From contig PPNB01000004.1 of the NCBI GenBank assembly GCA_003707115.1, positions 124,001 to 188,000 on the forward strand: a stretch of 64,000 bases of DNA. The letters are read 5' to 3'. The notes beneath the pieces were generated by a model, which worked only from the letters and a program-made list of their open reading frames with translations, did no database searches and was not told where the DNA came from. Numbering within the stretch: the first letter of the stretch is position 1; each line of letters opens with the position of its first letter. Position numbers and translations under genes: made by a program. Shown one piece after another: positions 20,430 through 30,970 of this stretch. This DNA comes from Tortispora ganteri (taxonomy: Eukaryota).

Positions 20430-21874
20430 GCACTTAGTCTATTGAATGCATCAGGACTATCTCTTCCTGATGCTGTTGATCCATTTAGCTGTGCAAAAGG
20501 ATTGTTACTGCCAGCCTGGCTCTCAGAAGCGTATTGATTTTGAGTATTTTGAGACACCATGCTAACATTATTTGCAGGCTGGTTTGCAGGTTGGAAGTTT
20601 GTCTGGTAGTTATACATAGACATAACTTGGGCTTTAGCTTGCGGAGTAACGCCCGTAGCCTGAGGAATTAGTTGACCTGCGTATCCTGTCTGATTAGGTT
20701 GTAGATACATTGAAGTATATTGTGGTTGCAAATTCGGCGTTTGAAATACAGGTTGCTGCTGTAGCACCTGATTCGTTTGATTGGTTTGGTACATTTGAGG
20801 TACCTGTTGTATCTGCGACATTTGTTGAAATTGATTTGCACTCTGCATGGGTTGTTGAACTTGAGGAATATAAATCTGTTGAGGGTTATACATAGACTGT
20901 TGAGGAACTTGCAGAGACATCTGTGGGTGTAAGTGCTGCGGAATCTGCTGCTGATTAGCGGCATACATAGATTGAGGCTGTGCCTGTTGCATTTGCTGCA
21001 TTTCATGAGGCTGTGATATTGCAGCAGCAGCAGCAGTAGGCTCGGGACCAAAATCGGGAATCAGAGACTGTCGGGATTGCTGATTATTTTGATTCGCATG
21101 AATAACTTGTCCTGTAAATGCATTAGATATAGGTTTGAATGAATCATCACTAGGTCTGGGAGGCAAACTTGGAGGTGGAGAATCCTCTTTATTTGGCGTA
21201 GTACCCTGATTAGTGAGAATGTCTATAGCGCGATTGAAGTTGTTTCCAGCAGCTTTCAAGGCCTCTACATTCATATCCATATCTTCAAAACCCATATCCT
21301 CCAAACGGGAAAGTTCTCGCCTATATGCAAATCTCTCTTTTGGATCCGAAGGCCGGCCAGTAAGCACCGGATATTTAGATCTCGGAGGTACCGGAGACGA
21401 TGTATGGCTAGTCGATGATGTTCTGAGGGAGACAGATTCATAATAATGATTTCTGCGCGAATCACCGTTTCTGCGTCTAGAGTCGCGTTCAACGTAGTCA
21501 CCACGGAAAAGTCGTTTCTCGTATTTATCGCGAAGGTACCGCTCAACTGTCAGGTTGTCGTCCTCAGTGATAGGAGGGGGATTATCGCGAGGGTTTGGAT
21601 TCCAGTATCGGTTAGCCCTTTTGTTACCCCATTCCTTCATATGTTCAACCTGGCTTTCAGTCCAATCGTCTAGTGTCAGACTCTTTACTTTTGAGATATG
21701 ACTGCCGAGTTTTCGATGAATCGAAGCGCATCTTCCACACAGAAACACTCCGATGTTCGCAGATGCCCATGAAACGCCATCTTCGCCGCATTCGGCACAT
21801 TGCGAGTTGCTTCTTTCCTGGAGCAAACGGTCCAGAGCTTCTCTGTTTCTCGCTGCTCTTCGCTTTCCTAGCAT
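20417..21874 (-). CDS. GTS1: ArfGAP + UBA protein with Gln-rich tail (Gts1/Ucp3-like)
   Basis: CAEC-x16-CGRC ArfGAP zinc finger with HRKLGSHISKVKSLTLDDW, UBA (LEDMGF...AIDIL), Q-rich region and NPF. Confidence 0.8.
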   Translation of the reverse strand: MLGKRRAARNREALDRLLQERSNSQCAECGEDGVSWASANIGVFLCGRCASIHRKLGSHISKVKSLTLDDWTESQVEHMKEWGNKRANRYWNPNPRDNPPPITEDDNLTVERYLRDKYEKRLFRGDYVERDSRRRNGDSRRNHYYESVSLRTSSTSHTSSPVPPRSKYPVLTGRPSDPKERFAYRRELSRLEDMGFEDMDMNVEALKAAGNNFNRAIDILTNQGTTPNKEDSPPPSLPPRPSDDSFKPISNAFTGQVIHANQNNQQSRQSLIPDFGPEPTAAAAAISQPHEMQQMQQAQPQSMYAANQQQIPQHLHPQMSLQVPQQSMYNPQQIYIPQVQQPMQSANQFQQMSQIQQVPQMYQTNQTNQVLQQQPVFQTPNLQPQYTSMYLQPNQTGYAGQLIPQATGVTPQAKAQVMSMYNYQTNFQPANQPANNVSMVSQNTQNQYASESQAGSNNPFAQLNGSTASGRDSPDAFNRLSAYSR

Positions 21875-22087
21875 TATAGAGGTACAATTGTAAGGGAATT
21901 CTTCTTTTATTTAGCCAAAAGTGGGGTGTCGGTCTCTACACGCGCAAATGCTGCTGGCTGGTCCGGGGGGAGGGCCTGCCTCCGGAAATGGGAGTTGAGC
22001 CGCACGTTAACCACTGCTTTCGAGGACTGTCACCTATTTTTCTCTTTGCAATCTCGAGAAGCCGAGACTAAATAAGATATCGCGAAT

Positions 22088-23725
22088 ATGAGCTACGATC
22101 ATCGTCGCGGAGGAAGAAAAAATTACAACCGCAAGGGAAGAGAAAATGACAATGATGATAGATCTAGAAAAGTGCCTAACTTGGTCTCCATTCAAATCAG
22201 GCATCCTAACTTACCTTCCATACCTCAAGCGGATCTTGCTAAGTTTTTGGAACAGCGATGTAACATCCAGCTCTATGAGTCATGGATAATAGACGATAGT
22301 ATGTATGTAAATCTTTCTCCTGAAAGTGCCTCGGCTCTACTAAAATGGAACGGAATCCAGTTTGCGGGTCAGTCTCTTTATATTCAGCAAATCAACAATC
22401 CGCCAAAACCACGGTTTGGCAACCAACAAGAGTTTAACCAATCAAATCAGAACTCTCAAGGAACCCAAACAACAATTGAAATGCTTGTAGCGTTTCTTAA
22501 TCAAAGGTATGATCCTGCACAGAAGTTCCTCAACCTCTCCGGTCTAGCGCAGGATCCTTACCTTATTCAAAATGGTCTTTTCTCAACGACTTCTACACAG
22601 TCAAAAATGTTTCCAGCCATGATGAAAATTGCACAAGACCGTATCAAAAACGTCGAAAGTGTATCACTTGAATCAAACAATCTTGCAGACGTGTCATTAG
22701 TCACTACCCTCTCACAGACGTATCCTAATATTCTCAATCTTTCCCTTGCTAACAACGCGATTGCAAATATTGACGGCCTATCGCTTTGGAAGCACAAATT
22801 TCGCAACTTGAAGCAACTTATATTGCTCGGAAATCCAATTGTCTCTACGTCCGACTACCAGTCTCAGATAGCAGCCATGTTCCCGAAGCTAATGGTCCTT
22901 GATAACCAACAAGTGCGCACAGAAGCTGATCTGTTAGCCCAAATTCCAAAAGTTCCGTTGGCCCCTAAACGATTATTTTTTGAGGACCAAAGTATTGCAG
23001 ATGTAGTTGGGCCATTTTTAACACATTTCTTCCAGCTTTATGATACTGATAGAAAGCAGTTAACTACTCTTTACGATGATCAGTCCACTTTTTCTGTTAG
23101 CGTTTACAAAGACGGTCCAGGTTCAAACTTCATTACACATTGGCACTCCTATGCTTCGCGAAATCTGATGTACGTCTCAAATCCTCGACGGCGTGAGGAT
23201 TTATTGCAGAAAGGAGCTCAAAATATAATCAAGGCATTTGGTAAACTTCCTGGCACCAAGCACAGCATCAGTGATCCGTCGAAAGTTGCCGTGGACGCTT
23301 ACAAAGTGTCCGGAATACGGCAAACAGGCGACCAATGTATTAATATCACACTTCACGGAGAATTCAATGAACCATCATCTAAAGGAAGCCGTTCTTTTGA
23401 TAGAGTATTTGTTTTAGCTCCTGGAGGAGTTGCAGGTATGATAATTGTCTCGGACATGTTAACAGTGAGGCCTAGAACACATCCCGGAGTTTATGAAATC
23501 GCCCTTAATGAGGCGGCAAATGGATCAATTAACAACTCCAACGAGACCATAACTGAAGCTCAACTGCAATTGGTTGCTAAATTAAGTGAATTGAGTGGCC
23601 TTACAGCTGAATATTCCCGTATGTGCCTTGAACAAGCCAACTTTGACCTAGAACAAGGAATGATATTGTTCCAACAAGCACAGTCCTCGGGAACACTCCC
23701 CCCGGAAGCATTTAACCGGAAGTAA
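22088..23725 (+). CDS. MEX67: mRNA export receptor (RRM-LRR-NTF2-UBA)
   Basis: FLNQRYD...LNLS, KMFPAMMK, LRR, NTF2-like RSFDRVFVL, TAP-C tail LPPEAF. Confidence 0.93.
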   Translation: MSYDHRRGGRKNYNRKGRENDNDDRSRKVPNLVSIQIRHPNLPSIPQADLAKFLEQRCNIQLYESWIIDDSMYVNLSPESASALLKWNGIQFAGQSLYIQQINNPPKPRFGNQQEFNQSNQNSQGTQTTIEMLVAFLNQRYDPAQKFLNLSGLAQDPYLIQNGLFSTTSTQSKMFPAMMKIAQDRIKNVESVSLESNNLADVSLVTTLSQTYPNILNLSLANNAIANIDGLSLWKHKFRNLKQLILLGNPIVSTSDYQSQIAAMFPKLMVLDNQQVRTEADLLAQIPKVPLAPKRLFFEDQSIADVVGPFLTHFFQLYDTDRKQLTTLYDDQSTFSVSVYKDGPGSNFITHWHSYASRNLMYVSNPRRREDLLQKGAQNIIKAFGKLPGTKHSISDPSKVAVDAYKVSGIRQTGDQCINITLHGEFNEPSSKGSRSFDRVFVLAPGGVAGMIIVSDMLTVRPRTHPGVYEIALNEAANGSINNSNETITEAQLQLVAKLSELSGLTAEYSRMCLEQANFDLEQGMILFQQAQSSGTLPPEAFNRK

Positions 23726-23862
23726 TGGCTTGTTTTCATTTTATTTTTTGTGTACTATAGTGTCATACTCGACATGAAAGTAAGTACTTTTCTACTATTG
23801 CTACACATCAAGAGGTAACATTACTAAATCATTTCTATTTACACAAGTGAAGTCACTGTGTC

Positions 23863-24324
23863 TTAAAACCACGTAGGCTTTGATCTTTCTCGGCGCTTAT
23901 TGCGGCCAACACTCTTTTCAAAAATCTCCTCAGTTCTTTGGAGACCTTCTTCAATTTTCTTCTGACGATCTTCATGTGCCCGTTCTGCCTTATTTCCTTT
24001 GAATCTGAGCAAACCTTTCATGGGACGGTTAACACGTTCGGTCGGGATTACAGGTATACCGTCTTTTCGCAATGGCAGAAGGTCAGCCATGTTGAACTTT
24101 TCCGCTAGTCTGTATAATTGTACTTGCCTTCTTCGAGAATAAACAGGAGCTCTCCAGTGTCCTGATTCGGGATGCTTCGAAGGCAAGAACGGGTTCATTT
24201 CTTCAGAAAAGCATGAAGCACCGGGTTTAACCGAGTACGGAGGATTCTTTATAGTCCGCGGAGGGTATTTTACAAAGAAATTATACAGCTGCTTAGGCAG
24301 CCGCTGCAGTAAATTTTCATTCAT
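23863..24324 (-). CDS. MRPL25: Mitochondrial large ribosomal protein mL59
   Basis: LPKQLYNFFVKYPP, NPFLPSKHPESGHWRAPVYSRRRQ, FKGNKAER. Confidence 0.88.
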   Translation of the reverse strand: MNENLLQRLPKQLYNFFVKYPPRTIKNPPYSVKPGASCFSEEMNPFLPSKHPESGHWRAPVYSRRRQVQLYRLAEKFNMADLLPLRKDGIPVIPTERVNRPMKGLLRFKGNKAERAHEDRQKKIEEGLQRTEEIFEKSVGRNKRRERSKPTWF

Positions 24325-24480
24325 GGTTGCTAGTAGGAGTGGATCTGTGGAAGAGAATTGCGAGGTGGGTTAGCTAACACATAGTCACGTGCGGCTGAGG
24401 ATAAAAAGTATACTACAGCAAAGCATCCACATACAAAAATATAAGAAAAATAAAGACTGTCAATTATTATATAACAAGCA

Positions 24481-25566
24481 TTAAGCCCATCGTCCAAGCA
24501 ATGCCATCAAACCACATCCAACTAGTAAGAATAAGAAGCAGATGTAGAACTCACGGATTGGAGCTTTTCTGAAGTAATCAGTGAACAGGAAATCGTGGGC
24601 TAAAAGCTCAATCAGTCCTGTGTAAATTAAGATACCAGCAGAAATAGAGTCGAATACTCCATTAGTGATAGTTGCAGTCCTTCCTCCAGGAGGATAACTA
24701 TCGCGAACGCCTAAACCGATAGCAATTGCAATAGGTGTAGTTATGGAATAACCCAATGCCATGAGATACGGCGTCCAAGGTCTACCCTTCCAATCGATTT
24801 CTGCAAGTCTAGAGCCAAGACCAAGACCCTCAAAGCCTTGGTGGAAAACTAGAACAATATACAGAGTAATGAATTCTTCTCCAGAGACAGCGAGAGTTAA
24901 ACCAATAAAGACTGAATGGAAAATAACACCAAACTCAAGAATAAACACCTCACCAACTCTGGCAGCATACTCTATAACGGAAGCATCGTCTGTAGCCTCA
25001 TTAACAAATGCTTCCTTCACAATGGGCGTTGAAGATTCATCCCGTTCCGTTCCCTCAATCTGTGAATGGGCAACACCCTCATTGGGATGGTTGTGACCAA
25101 ATGTGAGAACTTCATTAACATCGGCTTCATTAGTGAAGCGATCGAATGAAGCATATCGCAGTAACATGAATTCCATATAGAACATACACATGATACTAAG
25201 CAGACAAATAGCCTGCGCCCATGGGTATTCTGTCCACGTGCCCGTCAAGCAAGGAGAGTATTCTAGAGCTTCAATAGCTGGATCAAGAAGATGGATAAAA
25301 GCCGTAGCAATAATCACACCTGAGCCGAAATACTTAAATAACAGAAGAACGTATTTGTTGGGAGTGAATCCTAATCGCCATTTTTTAAGAACGATAGGAG
25401 TCATAGTACCTAAAAATGAAGCCACCAAAATGACAAAGATAGATGAAATCCTGAGTCCCAGACGTCCATCGTACTCGTTGTCGTCGGAGCATACTTCTTC
25501 GTCATCATCTCTGCGGTAGTATCTGGCTAAGGCAGCAGTGGAAAAGAAAAGTAAATAGTTCAACAT
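24481..25566 (-). CDS. ZIP-family zinc transporter, copy A (Zrt1/Zrt2-like), 361 aa
   Basis: LRISSIFVI, KYFGSGVIIATAFIHLL, LEFGVIFHS, FHQGFEGLGLGSRL. First ATG is 25566. Confidence 0.93.
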   Translation of the reverse strand: MLNYLLFFSTAALARYYRRDDDEEVCSDDNEYDGRLGLRISSIFVILVASFLGTMTPIVLKKWRLGFTPNKYVLLLFKYFGSGVIIATAFIHLLDPAIEALEYSPCLTGTWTEYPWAQAICLLSIMCMFYMEFMLLRYASFDRFTNEADVNEVLTFGHNHPNEGVAHSQIEGTERDESSTPIVKEAFVNEATDDASVIEYAARVGEVFILEFGVIFHSVFIGLTLAVSGEEFITLYIVLVFHQGFEGLGLGSRLAEIDWKGRPWTPYLMALGYSITTPIAIAIGLGVRDSYPPGGRTATITNGVFDSISAGILIYTGLIELLAHDFLFTDYFRKAPIREFYICFLFLLVGCGLMALLGRWA

Positions 25567-25821
25567 TGCCGCAGATAGTGACACTAGTAAGAGATCAACA
25601 GTATTCGATGAGCAACTATCAACTCGGGATGATGCCGCTAATGTTGATTTCTGTTCCTTGAATCTCTAAGAGGGATAAAGGAAAGTATGCTCAATTTCGC
25701 CAACTTATATAATGCAAGAGTGGGTTAGTAAAAATTCAAAAGCCAAAAAAGATTGAAGAAAATTAACTCTGCAATCATGTTAACATGGGATTTTGTGTAT
25801 TCTATTTATTATATATCCTTA

Positions 25822-25831
25822 ACCTTGGCGG
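25822..25831 (-). promoter_or_regulatory. Putative zinc-response element CCGCCAAGGT (proximal, copy A)
   Basis: The same 10-mer occurs twice upstream of ZIP copy A and contains the CAAGGT core of Zap1/ZafA-type elements. Confidence 0.5.
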
Positions 25832-26435
25832 GAAAAAATAAGTTTTACGGTCCAGAAAGCTAATTTTATTTCGGTAAAGAAATAAAGACTTTAATATACA
25901 GCGGATCAAACAAACATTCATGCAAAAGTGAGAATACAAGAAAGAGCAGCTTTATTGAACAACAACACTTCACTGAGAATAATTAGAATAAACTTATGTG
26001 ATCAAGAAGTATCCTAAACTATCCTCAAGATGGGGAAAGCCTCATAGCCCCACACAAGTTAAGCCTCGAAAATATTACAGAGTTGGTACCAATTGTGAGA
26101 TACAAGCGCAAGCACATGCGAAAGTAATATTTTTTTAACAAAAATAGAATAACAAAGCTTAAATAAAGCCTCACAATATAATGTCATTCAATACCGCTGG
26201 CCATTGTATACGATTCCGTATCTCAGGCAACATTGTATCTTGAGTCGCGTGAAAATCTATTGTGCCAGCGAAACTTGTGTTCAGATTCATATCAAAAGTC
26301 ATGTACTATCATTCTGAAAGAAGTTACGTCTTGGCATCTGTTAAATAGGAAGTAATTTAGAAGCCAAAAATATCTAAGCAAAATAGAAAAAAATATAATG
26401 TTCCAGCAGAGAAGAGAGTGCCGGCCGGCGTTCAA

Positions 26436-26445
26436 CCGCCAAGGT
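26436..26445 (+). promoter_or_regulatory. Putative zinc-response element CCGCCAAGGT (distal, copy A)
   Basis: Second exact copy, in the opposite orientation. Confidence 0.5.
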
Positions 26446-27222
26446 GTTACTTAACCTTATCCGAAAAGTCTAATAAGGGTTTGAGTAAAGCAAATCGCGC
26501 AGGGTCGAAAATACGACTTTTCCGCTGACGAATCGGAGATTTTACAAATGGTTCCAAAAAAGCTTTGTTCGTCACAGCTTATTCGATTATATCTAATTAT
26601 TCAGTGGAGCTAATAGTCATGCCGTACGAAGATCTCATGAAAAGTTTACTTTACGACTACAGCATACAATTGCCAAAAAACGAAAAGAAGAAAGGTGTTG
26701 CTAAATATTTAACTCTAAGTTGTTATTTAGGCGGGTAAGTCATTGACTCAGTAAAAGTAGGGAGGACCACAGGTTCTTCATACAACCTGAAGTAAAGATA
26801 AATTATACGATGGGAGGATTGTTACCCACTAATCCTTCTTCTAGTTCTAATTGTAATACCAAGATGTTGTTACATAAAACTCATCTAACTATGACAGATA
26901 CTGATGTTGTATCAGTACATGTCCAATTCGGGGTGAGACGAGAGGAAGTCATACGGATGCTACGCATCCATATGGAGCCCGAGCAGGGCCTCTAATAAGG
27001 GAATCCCGGTAGTTTCACATAACCTAGGATTCACCTCACGTATGCGATACTAGAGTGATCCAACACTTGTAAGCGGTAAGCTTACAATTGTTTAAGGTTC
27101 AAGGTAGGTTGGGTGCTTCCTTTTATATGATTGGAATCAGGGTTAAAGGACATAGCCAGATAGATTCTCAATTGCTAAGATAATATCAACAAAAGGCTAT
27201 CCCAATATTGCCATAAGAAGCA

Positions 27223-28305
27223 CTAAGTGTAATGTCCAAGTGACGCCATTAAAGCACATCCCAGTAATAAGAAAAAGAAGCAAATGTAAAACTCACGGAT
27301 TGGAGCTAATCTGAAATAATCAGAGAACAGGAAATCGTGGGCTAAAAGCTCAATCAATCCTGTGTAAATTAAGATTCCAGCTGAAACAGAATCGAAGACA
27401 CCATTGGTGATAGTTGCGGTCATTCCTTCTGGAGAATAGCTATCACGGACACCTAAACCGATCGCTATAGTTATAGGTGAAGTTATAGCATATCCTAGGG
27501 CCATGAGATACGGCGTCCAAGGCCTACCCTTCCAGTCTATTTCAGCCAGCCTAGAGCCAAGACCTAGACCCTCAAAGCCTTGGTGGAAAACTAGAACAAC
27601 ATAGAGAGTAACGAATTCCTCTCCAGAGACGGCGAGAGTTAAACCTACAAAGGCTGAATGGAAAATAACACCGAACTCAAGAATGAATACTTCACTAACT
27701 TTGGCAGTATACTCGATTACAGAAGATCTATCAGCAGCCTCATTATCAAATGATTCTTTTACAATGGGCTCTGAAATCTTATCCTGTTTGATTTCCTGGA
27801 TCTGTGAAACGGGAATATCTTCATTGGGATGGTCATGACCAACTGTAAGAACATCAATAGCATCATCTTCGTCAGTTGAGTGTTTGAATGAAGCATATCG
27901 CAGTAACATGAATTCCATATAGAACATACACATGATACTAAGCAGACAAATAGCCTGCGCCCATGGGTATTCTGTCCACGTGCCCGTCAAGCAAGGAGAG
28001 TATTCTAGAGCTTCAATAGCTGGATCAAGAAGATGGATAAAAGCCGTAGCAATAATCACACCTGAGCCGAAATATTTAAATAACAGAAGAACGTATTTGT
28101 TGGGAGTGAATCCTAATCGCCATTTTCTAAGGGCAATAGGCGTTATGGTACCTAAAAATGAAGACACGAAAATGACAAATATAGAAGAAATTCTGAGTCC
28201 TATACGTCCGTCGAAGTCGTTATCATTGGAACAAACATCATCATCATCTCTGCGGTAGTATCTAGCAAAAACTACAGTCGCAAAAACAAGAAGGTAGTTT
28301 AGCAT
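27223..28305 (-). CDS. ZIP-family zinc transporter, copy B, 360 aa
   Basis: Paralogue of 24481-25566 with the same motifs. First ATG is 28305. Confidence 0.93.
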   Translation of the reverse strand: MLNYLLVFATVVFARYYRRDDDDVCSNDNDFDGRIGLRISSIFVIFVSSFLGTITPIALRKWRLGFTPNKYVLLLFKYFGSGVIIATAFIHLLDPAIEALEYSPCLTGTWTEYPWAQAICLLSIMCMFYMEFMLLRYASFKHSTDEDDAIDVLTVGHDHPNEDIPVSQIQEIKQDKISEPIVKESFDNEAADRSSVIEYTAKVSEVFILEFGVIFHSAFVGLTLAVSGEEFVTLYVVLVFHQGFEGLGLGSRLAEIDWKGRPWTPYLMALGYAITSPITIAIGLGVRDSYSPEGMTATITNGVFDSVSAGILIYTGLIELLAHDFLFSDYFRLAPIREFYICFFFLLLGCALMASLGHYT

Positions 28306-29648
28306 TATAGCTGATAGTGATACTAGTAAGAGATGAACAGTCTTCGATGAACGACTACTCACCGAGAGACGATGGTGTTTATGTTATTTTCTATTCCTCG
28401 AATTTGTAAGAAGGATAAAAGGAATTATCTTTATTTTTCGCCTGCTTATATAGTGCAAAGTTAGAATTGCAAAGATCCAGAAACCAAAAAAGATGGAAGA
28501 AAATAAACTCTGTAATTATGTAGCATAGATTTTCGCGTATAGGATCTATCATTATATATCTACATAATCTTGGCGGGGAAATATTAGTTTCCAGTCCTCG
28601 CAAAGCTTATTTCGTAGAGGGAAAAGGACACGAATAGATTTAGTTGTTCAAACAATATACAAAGGAAACGTTGAGTTCCAAGAAGCAGAAAAATTATAAA
28701 GGAGCAACAACAAACACCCCATTGAGAGTAAGTGGAACAAACTCCTGTCATTTAGAAGCATAATTGACAATAATAGAAACGGAGAAGCAGGGAAACCTCT
28801 TATCGCTAAACAAGTAAAGCTTAAAAAAAAGTAAAACAGTTTCTACTAATTATAGATGCATGCGCGAATCCACACGTGAAAACACGCAGATTAACTTAAT
28901 TGGTACATTTTATTTTGTCTATTTTACGAACTTATCATAGTAGATGGCGAGAAGGCTTTCTTGCAATCTAACTTTAAACAAGTCGTAATAGTCAAATTAT
29001 TAAGTTTACTATCCTATTGGTACCTCAACACTCTTATAAATCTGTTTAGATCAGTTTTTGTTAATATATTATCCTAGGACGGGTTGCAATATTCGTTCAT
29101 TAAAATGTAATGTAAACTCTGAGCTTTAGAAAATAGATTAACAAAGCTCAGATAAAGCTTCACAATGTAATGCTATTTAGAATGGCTGACGATCGTATTC
29201 GCCGCGCTATTTCTTGCGACATATGTGTCCTAAATAGAGTGAAACTCTATTTGTGCAAGCGAACCTTGAGCTCAAGATGATAGTGAAAGTCTTGCGCAGT
29301 TGTTCTAAAAGGACAGAACCGGTAAGCAGAGTCAGCTACGTCTAGATATCTATCAAATAACAGGTATTGAGAAGCCGACAATATTTGTCCCGAATAGAAG
29401 CACATATTGATTAAGTAGGGTAGCACGTGTTAACCGGCGTTCAATCGCCAAAGTCATACTAGTCTAATCTAAAGTTCAGTAAGGTTTCGAGTAAACTCAG
29501 ACGTGCAGGATGGAAAGATTATAACACTACGCTAACGAATCAGAGATTCTATAAAGCCACATACGAAAAGCTTAATTCATCACGGCTTGTTCGACTATAT
29601 CAAACTATCCAATGGAGGTAACCGTAATGTCCTATCAAAGCCTCATGA
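27223..29648. repeat. Tandem duplication unit B (ZIP gene + ~1.35 kb upstream)
   Basis: Homologous to 24481-26640 and ends just before the CTK1 stop codon. Confidence 0.85.
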
Positions 29649-29671
29649 GGACTTTATAAGAGATTAGTCTG

Positions 29672-30970
29672 TCACTCTTTCCGTTTCTTCTTAGCCTCAT
29701 ATTCGTGCCACTCACCGGTGACAGAAGACATATCACATGTTTTTGGGAGTGGCTCTTCCTTAAACCAAGGATGCTGCAATGCAGTTTTAGCAGTTATTCT
29801 TGCAAGAGGGTTCTGGTTCCATAACCTCAAAACTAGATCCTGTTCTGTGAGATCTAAAATACCTCCAAAGGTTTCATTAAACTTGGAAGGCATTAGCTGC
29901 TTTGGCTTTAGCATTTCATACCACGGGTAAATGGCAAAGCTAGTGCAGTTTAGCTCCGTGACCCCTAAAGTATTCCATATGACATCTAACTGGCTGATTT
30001 CATCGGTGCCTTGAAAGACAGCTTTTCGTAGATGCAACTCCAGTAGAATACAGCCTGCGCCCCACATATCAACAGCAGTGTTGTACCGAGTGGCGCCTAG
30101 AAGAAGTTCCGGGGGTCTGTACCACAATGTTATGACTCTATTTGAGTAATCCAACAATTTTTCATTGCTGAGTGTGAATCGTGCAAGGCCAAAATCAGTA
30201 ACTTTCAGAGCACCATTTTTGTTAACAAGAATATTCGACGCCTTGATATCTCTATGCATAACTCCCTTCGCGTGTAAGTACCTCAGTGCTTCTAGAAGTT
30301 GACCAAACAAAAATTTAATGCGAGGCACGTCTAAAATAAAATCAGGGCGACTCAATAGTCCTGTTAAGTCATGGTCCATATATTCTGAAACCATATACAC
30401 ATTTGAGTCCTCAGTCATCATTTCCATTAAACAGACCACATTTTTGTGTCTGATATACTGAAGAATTCTCGTTTCTCTGAGAGCAGTAAGAGGAAATCCT
30501 TCTCTATCAGGCTCTATACGGATCCACTTGAGAGCAACAAGCTTACCACTAACCGTATTTCTAGCCTTATAGACTTTGCCATAAGTTCCTTCACCAACTT
30601 GTTGTATTTTCTCGTACGCTTCTGAAACAGATTGCTTGGATATTAGTGATGTAATACTTTGTTGCCACTGATTAGGAATACCCTTTGTCTCTGATTTCGG
30701 CCTTTGTAATTTTCTGTGTGTACCATTATTCGATGGGCCACCTATCCGTGCAGCTAAGGAATTAGCACTATAATTGTTTGAATACGGTTTCTTCCCGTTC
30801 TTTATTTGGTTTAATCGCTTACCCCCGGGACTTTCAGGGGGCGATCGTGATCTTGGACGTTTGTTCGGATTATGCAATGAGTGTCCTTGTCGGCGGCCAT
30901 TAAAAGCACCTAAAGATTTGCTTTCGCCATTCGGGCGTTGGTTCTTATTCCATTTATAATTTTTAACCAT
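29672..30970 (-). CDS. CTK1: RNA Pol II CTD kinase catalytic subunit (CDK12-like)
   Basis: GEGTYGKVYKA, EGFPLTALRE, EYMDHDL, HRDIKASNIL, DFGLAR, NRVITLWYRPPELLLG, WHEYE. First ATG is 30970. Confidence 0.88.
   Translation of the reverse strand: MVKNYKWNKNQRPNGESKSLGAFNGRRQGHSLHNPNKRPRSRSPPESPGGKRLNQIKNGKKPYSNNYSANSLAARIGGPSNNGTHRKLQRPKSETKGIPNQWQQSITSLISKQSVSEAYEKIQQVGEGTYGKVYKARNTVSGKLVALKWIRIEPDREGFPLTALRETRILQYIRHKNVVCLMEMMTEDSNVYMVSEYMDHDLTGLLSRPDFILDVPRIKFLFGQLLEALRYLHAKGVMHRDIKASNILVNKNGALKVTDFGLARFTLSNEKLLDYSNRVITLWYRPPELLLGATRYNTAVDMWGAGCILLELHLRKAVFQGTDEISQLDVIWNTLGVTELNCTSFAIYPWYEMLKPKQLMPSKFNETFGGILDLTEQDLVLRLWNQNPLARITAKTALQHPWFKEEPLPKTCDMSSVTGEWHEYEAKKKRKE

Larger units (their letters stand above)
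24481..26640. repeat. Tandem duplication unit A (ZIP gene + ~1.1 kb upstream)
   Basis: Aligns by eye with 27223-29648 through the CDS and in blocks across the upstream region, up to CTCATGA (26634-26640 vs 29642-29648). Confidence 0.85.

Noticed and set aside
26810..26995. 61-aa ORF between the ZIP paralogues
   Set aside because: Short, with no recognisable motif or coding signal.
28311..28362. GTGAGT...CAG upstream of the ZIP copy B ATG, possible 5'-UTR intron
   Set aside because: No good branch point, and neither donor nor acceptor is conserved in copy A.
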